NCBI RefSeq assembly: GCF_033153115.1
Contig: NW_026889755.1
Span: forward strand, 2,914,001 to 2,978,000
DNA from: Saccostrea echinata
Taxonomy: Eukaryota
Direction: 5' to 3'
Length of the DNA stretch: 64,000 nucleotides
Shown here: positions 1-11,734 of the stretch, piece after piece
How positions within the stretch are numbered: position 1 is the stretch's first letter
How the letters are laid out: each line of letters opens with the position of its first letter
The notes under the pieces: model-generated
Seen by the model: the letters and a program-made list of their open reading frames with translations, nothing else
The model's database searches: none
What the model was told of the DNA's origin: nothing
Made by a program: the position numbers and the translations under genes

Positions 1-334
1 TAATCTGTTCCCCATTAATCACTATCACCATACAGTATATTAACAAATTATCAATGCTTCTGTACTATTTAATCCTTTGTTAAAATCTCTTACATTGGCC
101 TCTCTTGTTCTTTGATGAATATTTAATAAGACAAGTTATTTTTGTCTCATTTCTATTTATCTACTACTTACAAGTCTATCTGATCATTAAAACTATGAAA
201 GTACTTTTTGTATTATAAAATAAAAGTTTTTGCATAATTCTCTTATTCTATTTACCTTTCAAGTACATTATTTACAGTGATAAATTATCAGAAGTAAATG
301 GCAAAGGGGAATAACTCCTCTCAGTAGAATACAA

Positions 335-1850
335 ACTAACAGAGCCCTGGCCAGGACCAGAACACTTGACCAAATGGTCCAGATGTTCAAAAATCTGGTA
401 AAAATTCCCTTCCTTATAAAAACTCTGTTTGCCTCAGATATGCCCAGGTGCGGAGAAGATTTTTAAATAAATAATGTATTTTTACTACAGATTCACTATA
501 TTATCAATAGAACCCCCAACCCCAACCCCCCACCCCCACCCCCGAAACACCAGAGCTTCTGACCCTGGGACCATATGTTTGCTCATCATAACTAATCACT
601 TTGTTTATCTGCTTAACACTAAGGAGCAAACAAGATTATTTAATAGAATTAATGCATTTTCACTAAATTATCTAGAGCCCCACCCTCACACCAGCACATC
701 TGACCCAGGGGTCATGAAATTCACTACTCTGGAAGAAGCACACTTGCTCATCATAACTATACACTTAGCTTCTTTGCTTTTTTAACCAGAAGAAGAAAAG
801 AATATTTTTAAAGAAATTTTGCTCACTTTATAATCAATAAAAGCCTCCCCCCCCCTACCAGAACCCTTAAACCTGGGGTCATAAAATTCACAATTTTGGA
901 AGAGGCATCCTTGCGTATCATAATAATGTACTTTTAAATTAGTCTGTTTAGTCTATAGCCCTGCCCTAGCACCAGAACTCCTGTCCCCAGGGCCATGAAT
1001 TTCAAAATTTTGGAAGAGGCATCCTTGCTTATCATAACACTGTACTTAGTTTGTTTAAATAATACCCAGGTGCAGAGAAAAAGATTTTTAAAGAATTAAA
1101 ACATTTTCACTTTAAAATCAATAGAGCCCTGCCCTAACACCAGAACCCCTGATCCATGGTCCACGAATTTCACAATTTTGAAAGAGGTATACTTGATTAT
1201 CATTACTATGTATTTAATGTGTTTCAATAATACCAAGGAGTAGGAAAGAAGATTTTCAAATAATTAATGCATTTTCACTATATAGTTAATAGAGCCCTAC
1301 CCTAACACCAGAACCCCTGACCCAGGGGCCATGAAATTCACAATTTTGAAAGAGGCACTCTTGCTCATCATAACTATGTACTTAGTTACTGAATTTAATA
1401 CCCAGGAGCAGAGAAGAAGATTTCCAAAGACTTAATGCATTTTCACTATATAATCATTAGAGTCCCGCCCTAACACCAGAACCCCTGACCCAGGGGCCAT
1501 GAAATTCACAATTTTGGAAGAGGCACTCTTTCTCATCCTAACTATGTACTTAGTTAGATTATTTAATACCCAGGAGCAGAGAAAAAGATTTTAAATGAAT
1601 TTATGCATTTTCACTATATAATCAATAGAGCCCCACCCTAACACCAGAACCCCTGACCCAGGGGTCATGAAATTCACAATTTTGGAAGAGACACTCTTGC
1701 TCATCCTAACTATGTACTTTGTTAGTTTATTTAAAACCCAGGAGCAGAGAAGAAGATTTTCAATGAACTAATGCATTTTCACTATATAATCAATAGAGCC
1801 CCGCCCTAACACCAGAACCCCTGCCCCTGAGTGACTCAGGTGACCTAAAA
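335..1850 (-). mobile_element. Helentron-associated non-autonomous element (HINE) with a 168-bp tandem satellite array
   Basis: CAGAACCCCT recurs at 1141, 1309, 1477, 1645 and 1813 (168-bp period) and decays leftward. The right end reads TTTTAGGTCACCTGAGTCACTCAGG on the minus strand, the same 5' terminal motif as the element at 11735. Left boundary approximate. Confidence 0.8.
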
Positions 1851-2079
1851 AATTAAAATGTGCATATGTATTTTCAGTGTATTTTCTTTAATTCTCTAAA
1901 TCTCATGCATAGATAAACATACAGTTTGCAGAAGCTTTATATAATCCAATTAAATTGATAGTTGCACAGTTCTTTGTGGAATGTTTTGTTATGCTCAAAT
2001 GTAATCTACATCATTTCGCAGTTTGACGAAATCTCAAAGCATGCGACACATGTGTTCCTTTGAACACTCTAGTTATTGA

Positions 2080-3272
2080 CATTCGAGTCAAAGGAGTTTA
2101 TCCCCTTTAACAACACTTGACACATACACACGGGGAGAACAATTTTAAAGAATTTTGCAAATTCTCTGTGCTTTTCAACATTCTCTTCACCAGTGACAAC
2201 ATATGTCCTTCCTTGTTTGAGTTGAAGAATAAGTGAATTCAAAAGGGCTGTTACAGTCCATCTGCATTTTTATGAAGACAACACCATAAAAAAGGACTAC
2301 CTTCAAAAGTAAGACAAATGTCAGATCATATACCATTTAAGGACAATTCATTGTGTCAGATCAAGAAATAATATTAAACAATGAAATCACCTTTAATATT
2401 TAAATATTATTTACATGTGTTTTTATTTTGTTTATTGTTTACTTCTATCTTCTGGAATCAAATTCAATGTGATCCACAGGAATACTGCTGGTTTACCATG
2501 AGCCGTTTTAGAGACTTGGACTCCTAAGCTGATATAGCTTTTTTTTTTTTTTTTTTTACCAGATATGCATCTTGGTTTGCTGCATTCGTATAAACACTTC
2601 AGGGACCGTTTCACATTTTGTCTGCTTTCAAGTTTGTCAAATCGGACTTTGATTACCAAGTAACATCAACAATTTGAATCACGTTTTGTTATCATATCGT
2701 TTAATTGAATTTTGAAAACATGCATTGAACTCTTTCATTTTACAAATAACTTCATTGTACAATTTTTGGCAAGAATGAGTGAAAATATCCTGTCAATAAA
2801 TGGAATACGTAGCATCATTCTGATATTTATGGAGAACTTACAATTACAACGTAAGAAAACGTGTAAGCAAAACTTTTTAACAAATATCATGGTTACTGTT
2901 TTCTGGTTTTTACTGAAAGTGTACAGTTCTATAGGCTAACCTCTACTACAGAATATATAATTCAGCAAAAAATTACTACTGAATTTTGGAGAATCCTTGT
3001 CCTTTAGTGTTGGAAATTTGGATACATTTGCACTTGATTTCATTAAAATGTGGAATGCGTTGGTTCTGCTGTGGTTTGCTGAATAGTCTAAAGTGTTCAC
3101 GTGATCATCACATGTTTAGGTAGACATACTTCAAACTAATATCAAAACCAAGCACTTCGCGAACTGCTTCCATTAAATCAGGGTGAGAATTATCAGTACT
3201 ACGTATACTCATTTCCTTTGATAGTGATATCTTTCGCAACGTATCCAACCAAGCTCTCTTTCCCGCAGCCAT
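2080..3272 (-). pseudogene. Decayed multi-exon gene for a Cys-rich protein, probably transposon-borne
   Basis: Minus-strand segments read, with frameshifts and stops, ...KC(L)YECSKPRCISGKK...QQYSCGS...IPED (2440-2650) and GVVFIKMQMDCNSPFEFTYSSTQTRKDICCH..GEENVEKHREFAKFFKIVLPVC (2090-2300). A possible ATG exon lies at 3272. Confidence 0.45.
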
Positions 3273-4048
3273 GTTAATTTTATACATCTGGGTTACAGAA
3301 AAGTTTACATACCTGCACACTTTACTTAATTCAAGCGCCTAATTGACACACATAAAAATAAAACCTTAAACTATGATAGAAACACGAAAAAACGAAACGG
3401 AGTTTTGGAACATTAAAGAGCCAGGGAAAAAGAATTCTCGATAATTATAAATAAGTGGGGGAAAAATTGGGTCTGATACATTTAAAATGTATCGGTCGGC
3501 AATTGCAAACAAACAATATTTTATTTTAGGCCCAATGTAACCCAATATTTCCAATACCACAATTTACCAATGGGTATAGTGTAAGACAGTTTTATTAGAT
3601 ATTTATAGAACACTGTTGGGTAATGTACAGAATACCGGTATACTATTAGTGTATGTCTTTTATGTAGGAACATTGACCTGTGTATCTTAAAAACTACTTG
3701 GATTGCACTCCCTTGAGCAAACATTTTAGATTTGTTGGTAAGTTGAGGAATGTGTTTTTATTTCCTTAAATGAAATTGCTATTTATATAATTACTTATTA
3801 AAGTAGAAATGTTATGAACACTACGATCTTAAACGTCTTTAAAAAATATGGTAATGGGGGGGGGGGGGGGTGTGAAAGAAACAAACTTTCGTTACTTCAC
3901 TCCAGGGGCAACCAAGTAGCCACTAAGTTCAAATTTCAGACTTATTCAATATAATTAAATATGAATTTAATGAATTACAAAATAGATCTATTATGCAATT
4001 TTAAAACATATTTGAAAATTATTTTTAATTGTACAACGAGGAATGTGG

Positions 4049-4257
4049 TCTCCCGCGGGGCGCAGTGGTTACAGCGTCTCCTCACAGAGTAAGGAGTAGA
4101 TCCTGTGTTACGCTGAGACCGGTCCTGTATAAACCAAGGTGCCTTGCCTCTGTAGGTGCTGGTACGTAAAAGATCTCGCACGGCCGTAAGTGACGAGTAC
4201 AGGTCTGAATTTGCAAGTGGTTGTGTCTTAATATAAATGAAGAATTCTTGAAGGGAC

Positions 4258-4329
<72 letters not shown>
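4049..4329 (+). mobile_element. Degenerate tRNA-derived SINE ending in an (AT)n microsatellite
   Basis: A-box-like GGCGCAGTGGTTA head. The body (GGTACGTAAAAGATC...GAGTACAGGTCTGAATTTGCA...AATTCTTGAAGGGAC) is similar to the SINE bodies at 9523 and 10452. (AT)n at 4260-4329. Confidence 0.6.
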
Positions 4330-4331
<2 letters not shown>

Positions 4332-4573
4332 ATAAACGATTTGTTTTATTTCATATTCAAAGACATTGAATATACATATTTAATCGTTAATAAGAAAAAC
4401 GGACACCTAATAACATATACCCCTATGTTTATCTGGTTTTTAACGCTGTGGAGTGGTTAAAAGCTTTGACTAATTTTTGTAACTGTTCAGGCGAATATTG
4501 ATATTATTGCAGATACAGTGATGTATTATGCTCCACATTTGTAGTTACTGTTTAACACCTCAGGTCTTTCAAA

Positions 4574-4615
4574 ATGTCCGGGGAAATACATCTACAAGAC
4601 ATTAATCTGAATGAG
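4574..4615 (+). CDS. Putative first coding exon (MSGEIHLQDINLNE) of the IgGFc-binding-domain membrane protein
   Basis: CAAAATG start context. The 14 codons end in GAG|GTATAC (phase 0), the same donor as at 17040. Acceptors lie upstream at 4512 and 4563. Linkage to the downstream exons is inferred. Confidence 0.4.
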
Positions 4616-5826
4616 GTATACTTTTTTAACATATATGTATGTATAGAGGATATATATACTGTGTGATTTATATTTGCTTAATCCAACTTGTTGAAATGGT
4701 GTATTTTTATACATAATAATAATAAGTTGTATTAATCAAATATTAAATCACACATTGGTAGATGTTCTATTTATCTCATACGATTTTTGTTTTGAACAAA
4801 ACTTTGAGATAACCCATATGAAACTATGTTGAGTGATTTCTACCCAATTCGATGGCGCGTAAATTGATGACATCGCACTGTTGACGTCGACATGCCAAAA
4901 GAAAGTAAATATGAAATCCTAGAACGTTATCTGCTGCGTCTTTTAATCCGTTTAAGATTCGTTTTTTACAAACTTTTGACTGGAAGTTATTCAGTGTTGT
5001 AAGAACCGAAGGATCATGAATCCTACTCTGAAATCATTCGTGTGCAGCAACAGTGCTAGGTTACTTGAACCATGGTATATTATATATAGTATAAAGTAAG
5101 ATAGAATTGTTGAACGTTGCTAGAGTTTCTTGCATGGTCAAATGATTCTTGCACCACCAACTTCACTGCTAGGCCTAATGTTTCCTATAAGAACGATTGG
5201 GCGAAGATGGGGGGGGATTCGTTATTGCAGTACCCAGTAAAAAAATTAGAGGAAAAAACATGTCTTCTAGTTTTTAACGAACACTTTTGCTTATCAGCAT
5301 TCACTTCATAAAGCAAGAACTTTAACTAATAGAAATTTCGATAAATTTATGTCTTGAAACGAGGGATTGTGTCAAACCGGACGTGGATCAAGCATAGGTT
5401 TATCTAATGAGTAGTATTCAAAATGTATGAGATAAAAGATCATATACATACATTAGTAACAAGGTCAAGTTTGATATTGATTGTGGTACCGTCATTCTTT
5501 AATTAATATATTTTAAATGTGTTTGCATTGCATAAACACTGCCAAAATTATATTCTCCCTAAGTACTCCACATTGTTATCCGTTCCGTCCTAATAATAAG
5601 TTAAATGCACCTTCTTTAATTAATTAAGATTAAAGATATCTGCATGCATACTTTGTAAGAATAACGCCTACAGTCTAAAAAGCATTCATAATAAATTTGT
5701 TTCTCTTTAAATCTCCCGATATGCATTGTTACACACATGGTGTTTCTCGTGGCCTAAAACTCGCAAAAAACATAGATACATGTATGCCTCAGAGGAAGAG
5801 CAGATATGTGAAAAACAAATTAAGTA

Positions 5827-8800
5827 CAGGTCCACGTAAGAATCAGGCAAAATCAAATTTTCGTGATAAGTCAGTGTTTGAGAATTCACTTGAAACTTCA
5901 CATGGTTATCCATCAGGACATATATATTACATATGTTCAATGATTTGGAAATATTCAGGCTTGTTCTAATTTAATAGGCAATATATTTAGAAAATATTAT
6001 GAACATGAGTAGTACAAATCTATACAATGGTATGGATATTGAAACCTTAAAAAATTAAAACAGCAAACGTTATGAAAGAAAGTGATAATGAAAAACGAAA
6101 CAGCTATTTAAAAATTATAATTTTAAATTTTAAAAAGTTTGGAAAATTGCGAGTCTAGAGTTTAATACCCCGATAATTACTTCCAATATTAGTGAATTTC
6201 AGTTATCGTTCTTGATTTATGACTTCTTTGTCGCTTGAGGGCTCTCCGTTGTTAAGTACGCTGATGCCGAAAAAACAAAATCAAATTGATTAAACATCGA
6301 ATTTGGCATTTTATTTTGGTTTAATTAATCTACTGAAAATAAAAGAATGTCTAACTTCAAACTAAACATTTTTGTCCTTGAAATCTAGCGATACAGTGGG
6401 TGTCAAATTTGATCGGGTTCAGGTTGCTCGAAACTTATCTGTTGTCATATGCGGATTTGGGCAGGATTATTTTAGTTTCACTGTTTGACTGCGTTATCAA
6501 AGATGCACAAGAGTTTATAACAGATTTCAAAGGAAATTGGTCATCGCGTTACACAACGCACTTTAAACAATCGTTGCCAAACAGCAGTTTTATTGAAACT
6601 CTCAATCATAAGTCATGTTGGTGAGGAAATGCGGACTTATTCGAGTCATGCGACACTCGATTTGAGAACAACAACATAGCCTATGTAACACTTGATTGTG
6701 GTTATTTCAAGACACAATTATATATCTAACATTTATGGATTTATTTCCCGAAATCCTGCTGAAATATGGAAATTATCTTCTCACAAAAAAAGGAGTTCGT
6801 GTGATGCAACACGTGCAAGTAAGTAGTTCTTTTAAGCTAACAGTGAGAAAAACCCTTTTGATGTCAACCAAAAATAATAAGCAAGCTTTTTTTCCATTAA
6901 GCTTTAAGTGCCTTAATTTTTGGTCTTTTTCAAAATTATTTCAAAGTTTGGTGTATTTTTTTTCTTCTTGAAAATCCTTCCTATGAATTAGGAGAACCCC
7001 GTTTTATAAAATGGGTATAGATATTTATTTTATTTCAAACTACCAATTAAAAAAAATATCTTGCTTAAGACTTTAAAAATGTTTTTTAGAGATAAGTAAT
7101 TACATTTTTTTCATAATATTAAATTTTATGCTTATTCAAAGTTTAAAATACTGGGTAATATGCCGCTGCATTTAATTTTTCAGACAAGTTCAAGTTGCAG
7201 AAGAGTTCTTTGGTCTTCTCAAACAGTCGAGGTTTTCTTCTCCTGTCCAAACTTCAAAATTTAGTGAAAAACGAGGAAACAAACTTTACGAATGAAAGAA
7301 TTTTCTAAAATCACATCGAGCAGTGAATCTGGTGCCTTTTGTTGTGTTTAATCATCATAAAGTGACAGTAGTGTACTAGGTAGAACAATAGTCCTACATT
7401 GCTCATTAACTTTTGTAAAAAAAGGGAATAGTACACCAGTTGAGATTTAGAGTGGCGAGTACTATATGAGAAAACAACGGAAACCATCCAAAAGTAGAAG
7501 CACCACAAGTCCATATATTAAATTGATCAAGTTCAGAATTTTGAATGTGCATGTCTGCTTGAAAAGTACATGTACTGTAGTTTAAAAAGCATTTTTATTT
7601 TTCAATCATGGGATGGAATGATGATTATAAAGAACTGATATTGTAACAACTTTTCTTCTACAAATTTTGATCTTTGTAAAATGTACTGTAACAATGTAAT
7701 TTATCAATCATGTAAATTGTTAACATTTAATAAACATGTTAAACCTTTTTGCAAATTGGTCATTGTTGATTTCTTAAGAATAAACTTGGAAATTTTCATA
7801 TTAAAACATTTAGTTTAGTATGTTGAACAACATGACATATTTGTTAAATATGCAATTAAAAATATCATATTGCTGCTCATATAAGGGTACAGTAAATCAA
7901 ATGTTTCAGCTGCATCATTTTCTGCAGTTGAACAAAATCCTTTACATTCCTTTCATATACATGTACTAGTATGATTTAGAAGGATCGAGTCAAAGAACTT
8001 AATGAATTTATAATTTTATCTATAAAAGTTGAGAGTTTTAGGACATTGCTAGCAGAGACCAACATACTCTGACTTGTTTATACATAAAAATTATGTCTTC
8101 ATGTAGCATAATGTATTCTCTGTTGTTATATATAAGTTAGTATTTGACAAACAGTAAAAGCTGAAAAACTAAATGAAAAAAATAAATAAATGCTTATATA
8201 AGAAGAATCACCCAAATAGATAGTGATTGGTCATCATGTTTACTATATGAAAAAAGTAATACAAGAAAACTGGATGCGCCTGCTTCGTTTTAACAGCTGT
8301 TTAAAATAAAAACAGAAAAAAATCTGGAATTATCAAAGTTGGGTACTTAATATACAGAATTTCGATCCCGATCATAATTCTCTCCAAAACTATTTTAGAG
8401 AATAAAATTAATTCCAGAGTAGACTTGGTACATTGAATAGAAAAATTCATAATAATGTGATAAATGTAATTAAGAAACCATTCAATAAAAGTTAAATTTT
8501 ACACACAATGCACTTAGATTTAGGAAAAAATCTTGTCAAACTTCAAGCAATTTATCAAAATTTCTCAATAGTTTTCCTTTTCATTAAAAACTGCTAATTG
8601 ATTTTTCCACACTTTTTAAACTGGAAAACTAACAATGAGCAGTTGTTCTATTTTTCCATGTGTAATAAGCTACATAACGTGTTTGCTGTTTTTAATAATA
8701 TTGTTTTAAATTCACAATGTTTGTGACATCCAAAATGTCTTGACATATAATTACAATGGTTACTATGGATACGACCTAGATACCAACTCCATGACAACTA

Positions 8801-9085
8801 ATACAAGAAGGATACAGACTCCTCTAAAATAAAATAGGGTTAGATAATTTATGAAAAACAACAACACTTGTTACTTCTGTACTGAACTTCCTCTTTTTTG
8901 GTTGACATTTTGGCCCATAAATGCCCAAATCTATTTATAGTAACATATCACAGCCTGGATGTGCCTTTTTGGAAAAATCATGATTTATTTTAATTACTAC
9001 TGTATCAAGTAATAATATAAAAAAATATTAGCCGAATATGAAATATTCGACTTATCACCGATTGCCTGATTCTTACGTGGACCTG
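5827..9085. mobile_element. Non-autonomous TIR DNA transposon (~3.26 kb, TA-flanked CAG...CTG)
   Basis: Perfect 33-bp inverted repeat AATTAAGTACAGGTCCACGTAAGAATCAGGCAA (5818-5850 / 9062-9094), plus a shared subterminal GTGATAAGTC. Confidence 0.8.
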
Positions 9086-9522
9086 TACTTAATTGTAAAA
9101 GATCACAAGTTTATGTTTTGAATTTAATATATAGAAAGAATTTGACCTCTTTTTGTTAACGTTGGTTTTTCATTATTTACAGTGTTTATGTCGAATAATT
9201 ATCGTTATAACGTTAATCTTCTGTTTCTTTCTCAAGAACAATATTTTAGTTACTTTCATTGATATGGAACACACATACTAAATAAAAATATGTTGTCTCG
9301 GAAAATTGTGAGCAGTCTCTAGCAGTTTCCGTTACTTTATAGATCACAGATTCAGTAAATAAACAATTAACAATTGAATGAACATATACCTTCTTTTAAA
9401 AAGACATTTTTACGAACACAGCTGAAACGATAATTTAAACCTCGTCTCAATAAAAAATTCAGAAACAAGATAGATTAATGACTTTGAATATAAAGTTATA
9501 ATTTTTCATGTCTTATTGTCTT

Positions 9523-9880
9523 ACCGTTCACGGTAGCTCAGTCGATAGAGCGCTCGCTCCGTGATCGGAAGGCCGTATGTTCGAATCACAGCCGCGACTG
9601 ACCTAAATCGATAAAAAATAGGTCGCAACTGTTCCTTTGCCAAGCGCTTGACATTTTGAAGTGAAAGTTACGGGTCCTTCAGATAAGACCTTAAAAACCG
9701 AAGCCCCCTGTCACTGTAGGCGTTGGCACGATAAAGAACCCTCACTGCTTAATGACCCTAAGTGTAAAGGTCTAAAATTTGAAGCCCTTCACCGGGATAT
9801 GGTGACGTCTCTATACGAGTTAAAAATTCTCGAACTGGACGTAAAACAACATACAATCAATCATTGACAATCAATCAATA
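9523..9880 (+). mobile_element. Full-length tRNA-derived SINE
   Basis: A box GGTAGCTCAGTCGATAGAG, B box GTTCGAATC and (CAAT)n tail. 10-bp TSD TTATTGTCTT at 9513-9522 and 9881-9890. Confidence 0.9.
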
Positions 9881-10176
9881 TTATTGTCTTTTTCTAAATT
9901 TCTGGCAACATCATTTGCCTCAACATAGGAATGAGATATTTGAGAGATAAACCGATATAACACCTTTTTGATCCATTCAAGGAGGAATTTGAGAGGGCAA
10001 TAAGAGAGTATTTCACGAGTACAAAATTTCCCATTAAAAAAAAAAAAACAAACAAACAAACAAACCAAGAAACAAACAAAAAAAAAACGCGTCGACAATT
10101 TTTTTCATACGTACAGTCACTTGCAAGATACGTTAAATGTATCTTTTCAAATGTTCAACATAATAAAAGATTAGAA

Positions 10177-11124
10177 ACCAGAGACCAGAAGAGCATATGC
10201 GATAGTAATGTGTCCGTCGAGCGTCCGTCTGTCTGTAAACAAATTTTCAAAACGCTACTCCTCCTACAGTTTTGGTCTGATTTCAATATAACTTGGCACA
10301 CAAGTAGAGAACACTAAGGTAATAAAATAGAAAGTCCTGTGAAATAGAAAATAGAAAGTTCTGTGAAATACATTGAAAACGCTACTCCTCCTACAGTTTT
10401 GATCTGATTCCATTATAACTTTGCACACAAGTAGATTGCACTAAGTGTCTAAGCATTTGCTCTAAGAATCTTGGAGTAAGGAGATTATTCCTTTCGTCGC
10501 AGGTTCGAATCCCACTGTGGGACATGGACAGGAGTCCTTCGCATGATCCTCACTGCTCAATGGCTATTAGCGCCGAGTATAGGTCTAAATTTGCAGCCCT
10601 CCACCGGCAAGTGGTGGCGTCTCCATACGAGTGGAAAAATTCTTGAGGGGGGCGTTTAACAACGAACAGAAAAACAAACAAAACTAAGCAATATAAATTT
10701 AAGTATTTTTGTTTATTTTGGTGAATGATCGATGTTACCATGGTCACTAAAAATAGAAATTTCTGTGAAATACTTTGAAAACACCACTCCTTTTACAGTT
10801 TTGGTCTGATTTCAATATAACTTGGCACACAGGTAGACTACTCCAAGATACATAGTTCTGTATTTTTTTTTTATTTCGATGAACGCTTTTACTACGGTTA
10901 CTAAAAATAGAAATTTCAGTAAAAATATCTCAAAAGGCTCCTCTTCCTACCAACCAGTTTTAGTCTGCTTGCAATAAATCTTGCCACAAAACATGCAAAA
11001 AGAGACTAAACCAAGGATCATTACTCTATTTCTGTTGCAAAATTCTGAGTCCAATTGCTACTTTTCTCTTCTTTGTTATAAGTACAAACCAGTAGAGCTA
11101 CAGTCTCGTCAGAAACTTCTGGTT
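10177..11124 (+). mobile_element. Decayed HINE of the 156-bp-satellite family (same family as 17921-19603)
   Basis: CAGAGACCAGAAGAGC 5' end, GTCY microsatellite and CTACTCCTCCTACAG units. 3' end ACCAGTAGAGCTACAGTCTC...CTTCTGGTT. Confidence 0.85.
10452..10685 (+). mobile_element. tRNA-derived SINE inserted in the HINE
   Basis: B box GGTTCGAATCCC. The 3' half (CCTCACTGCTCAATGG...AAAATTCTTGAG...CGTTTAACAAC) is shared with the 9523 SINE. A-rich tail; possible CTAAGCA duplication. Confidence 0.75.
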
Positions 11125-11580
11125 TTACATTTTGAATTCTGTTTATTTTTTTTAGCATAGCATTTTTTTATGGGACGGATGTCCTCTGAATTAAGCAGTA
11201 TTTGAAAATAATCTTGCAAATCGAAGAACACTCCAAGAACTGGTGGAAATCTGCTACATGGTGCATATGTTCTGTGTTTTTACTCTGATAATTATCTCTG
11301 ATGATTTACAAACAAAATAAATTGGTTTTAATACAATTTCTAAGGGTATTTTATACATGGAAATAGTTCGAACTCAAGATCAAGTTGGGACCGAGAACCT
11401 TCAAATGATTTTTCTAAAACAGTTCATTATTTTTTTTGCACATGTATATATTAAATAGATATAGCAACAATGTATAAAAAAAGCTCTGTATATAAAGAGT
11501 GTGGTTGCCTTCCTATACGCTGTGATGAACTTTGATAAATATTTGTTTTTTATGTATTGACTCATTCATTTAAATCTTAG

Positions 11581-11670
11581 GCAAAGGATCGACCAGCAAA
11601 TCCCTATGTGAGCTGTGTGAACAGACAAAGCAGAGGCACAGAAGCTGGATCCGATTATCTTTCTTTGGTT
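11581..11670 (+). CDS. Internal exon (AKDRPANPYVSCVNRQSRGTEAGSDYLSLV), putative cytoplasmic tail
   Basis: TCTTAG acceptor. Phase-0 donor GTAAAG at 11671 (alternative GT at 11668). Paralogous to exon 16631-16717. Confidence 0.65.
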
Positions 11671-11734
11671 GTAAAGTGATAACAAATGATTATACTCTTC
11701 TGTTTAATATCTAAGAGTGTATATCTCTAACAAT

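Noticed and set aside
4221-4460. YIYIYI ORF (also the poly-K ORF at 40353 and poly-C ORF at 45469)
   Set aside because: Translations of microsatellites, homopolymers or the antisense of poly-Q.
9523-9600. Possible tRNA gene
   Set aside because: It has A and B boxes but no closed acceptor stem or poly-T terminator, and it continues into a SINE body with tail and TSD.
11155-11265. Possible additional host exon
   Set aside because: It has a good acceptor, but I found no stop-free phase-0 frame with a convincing donor.
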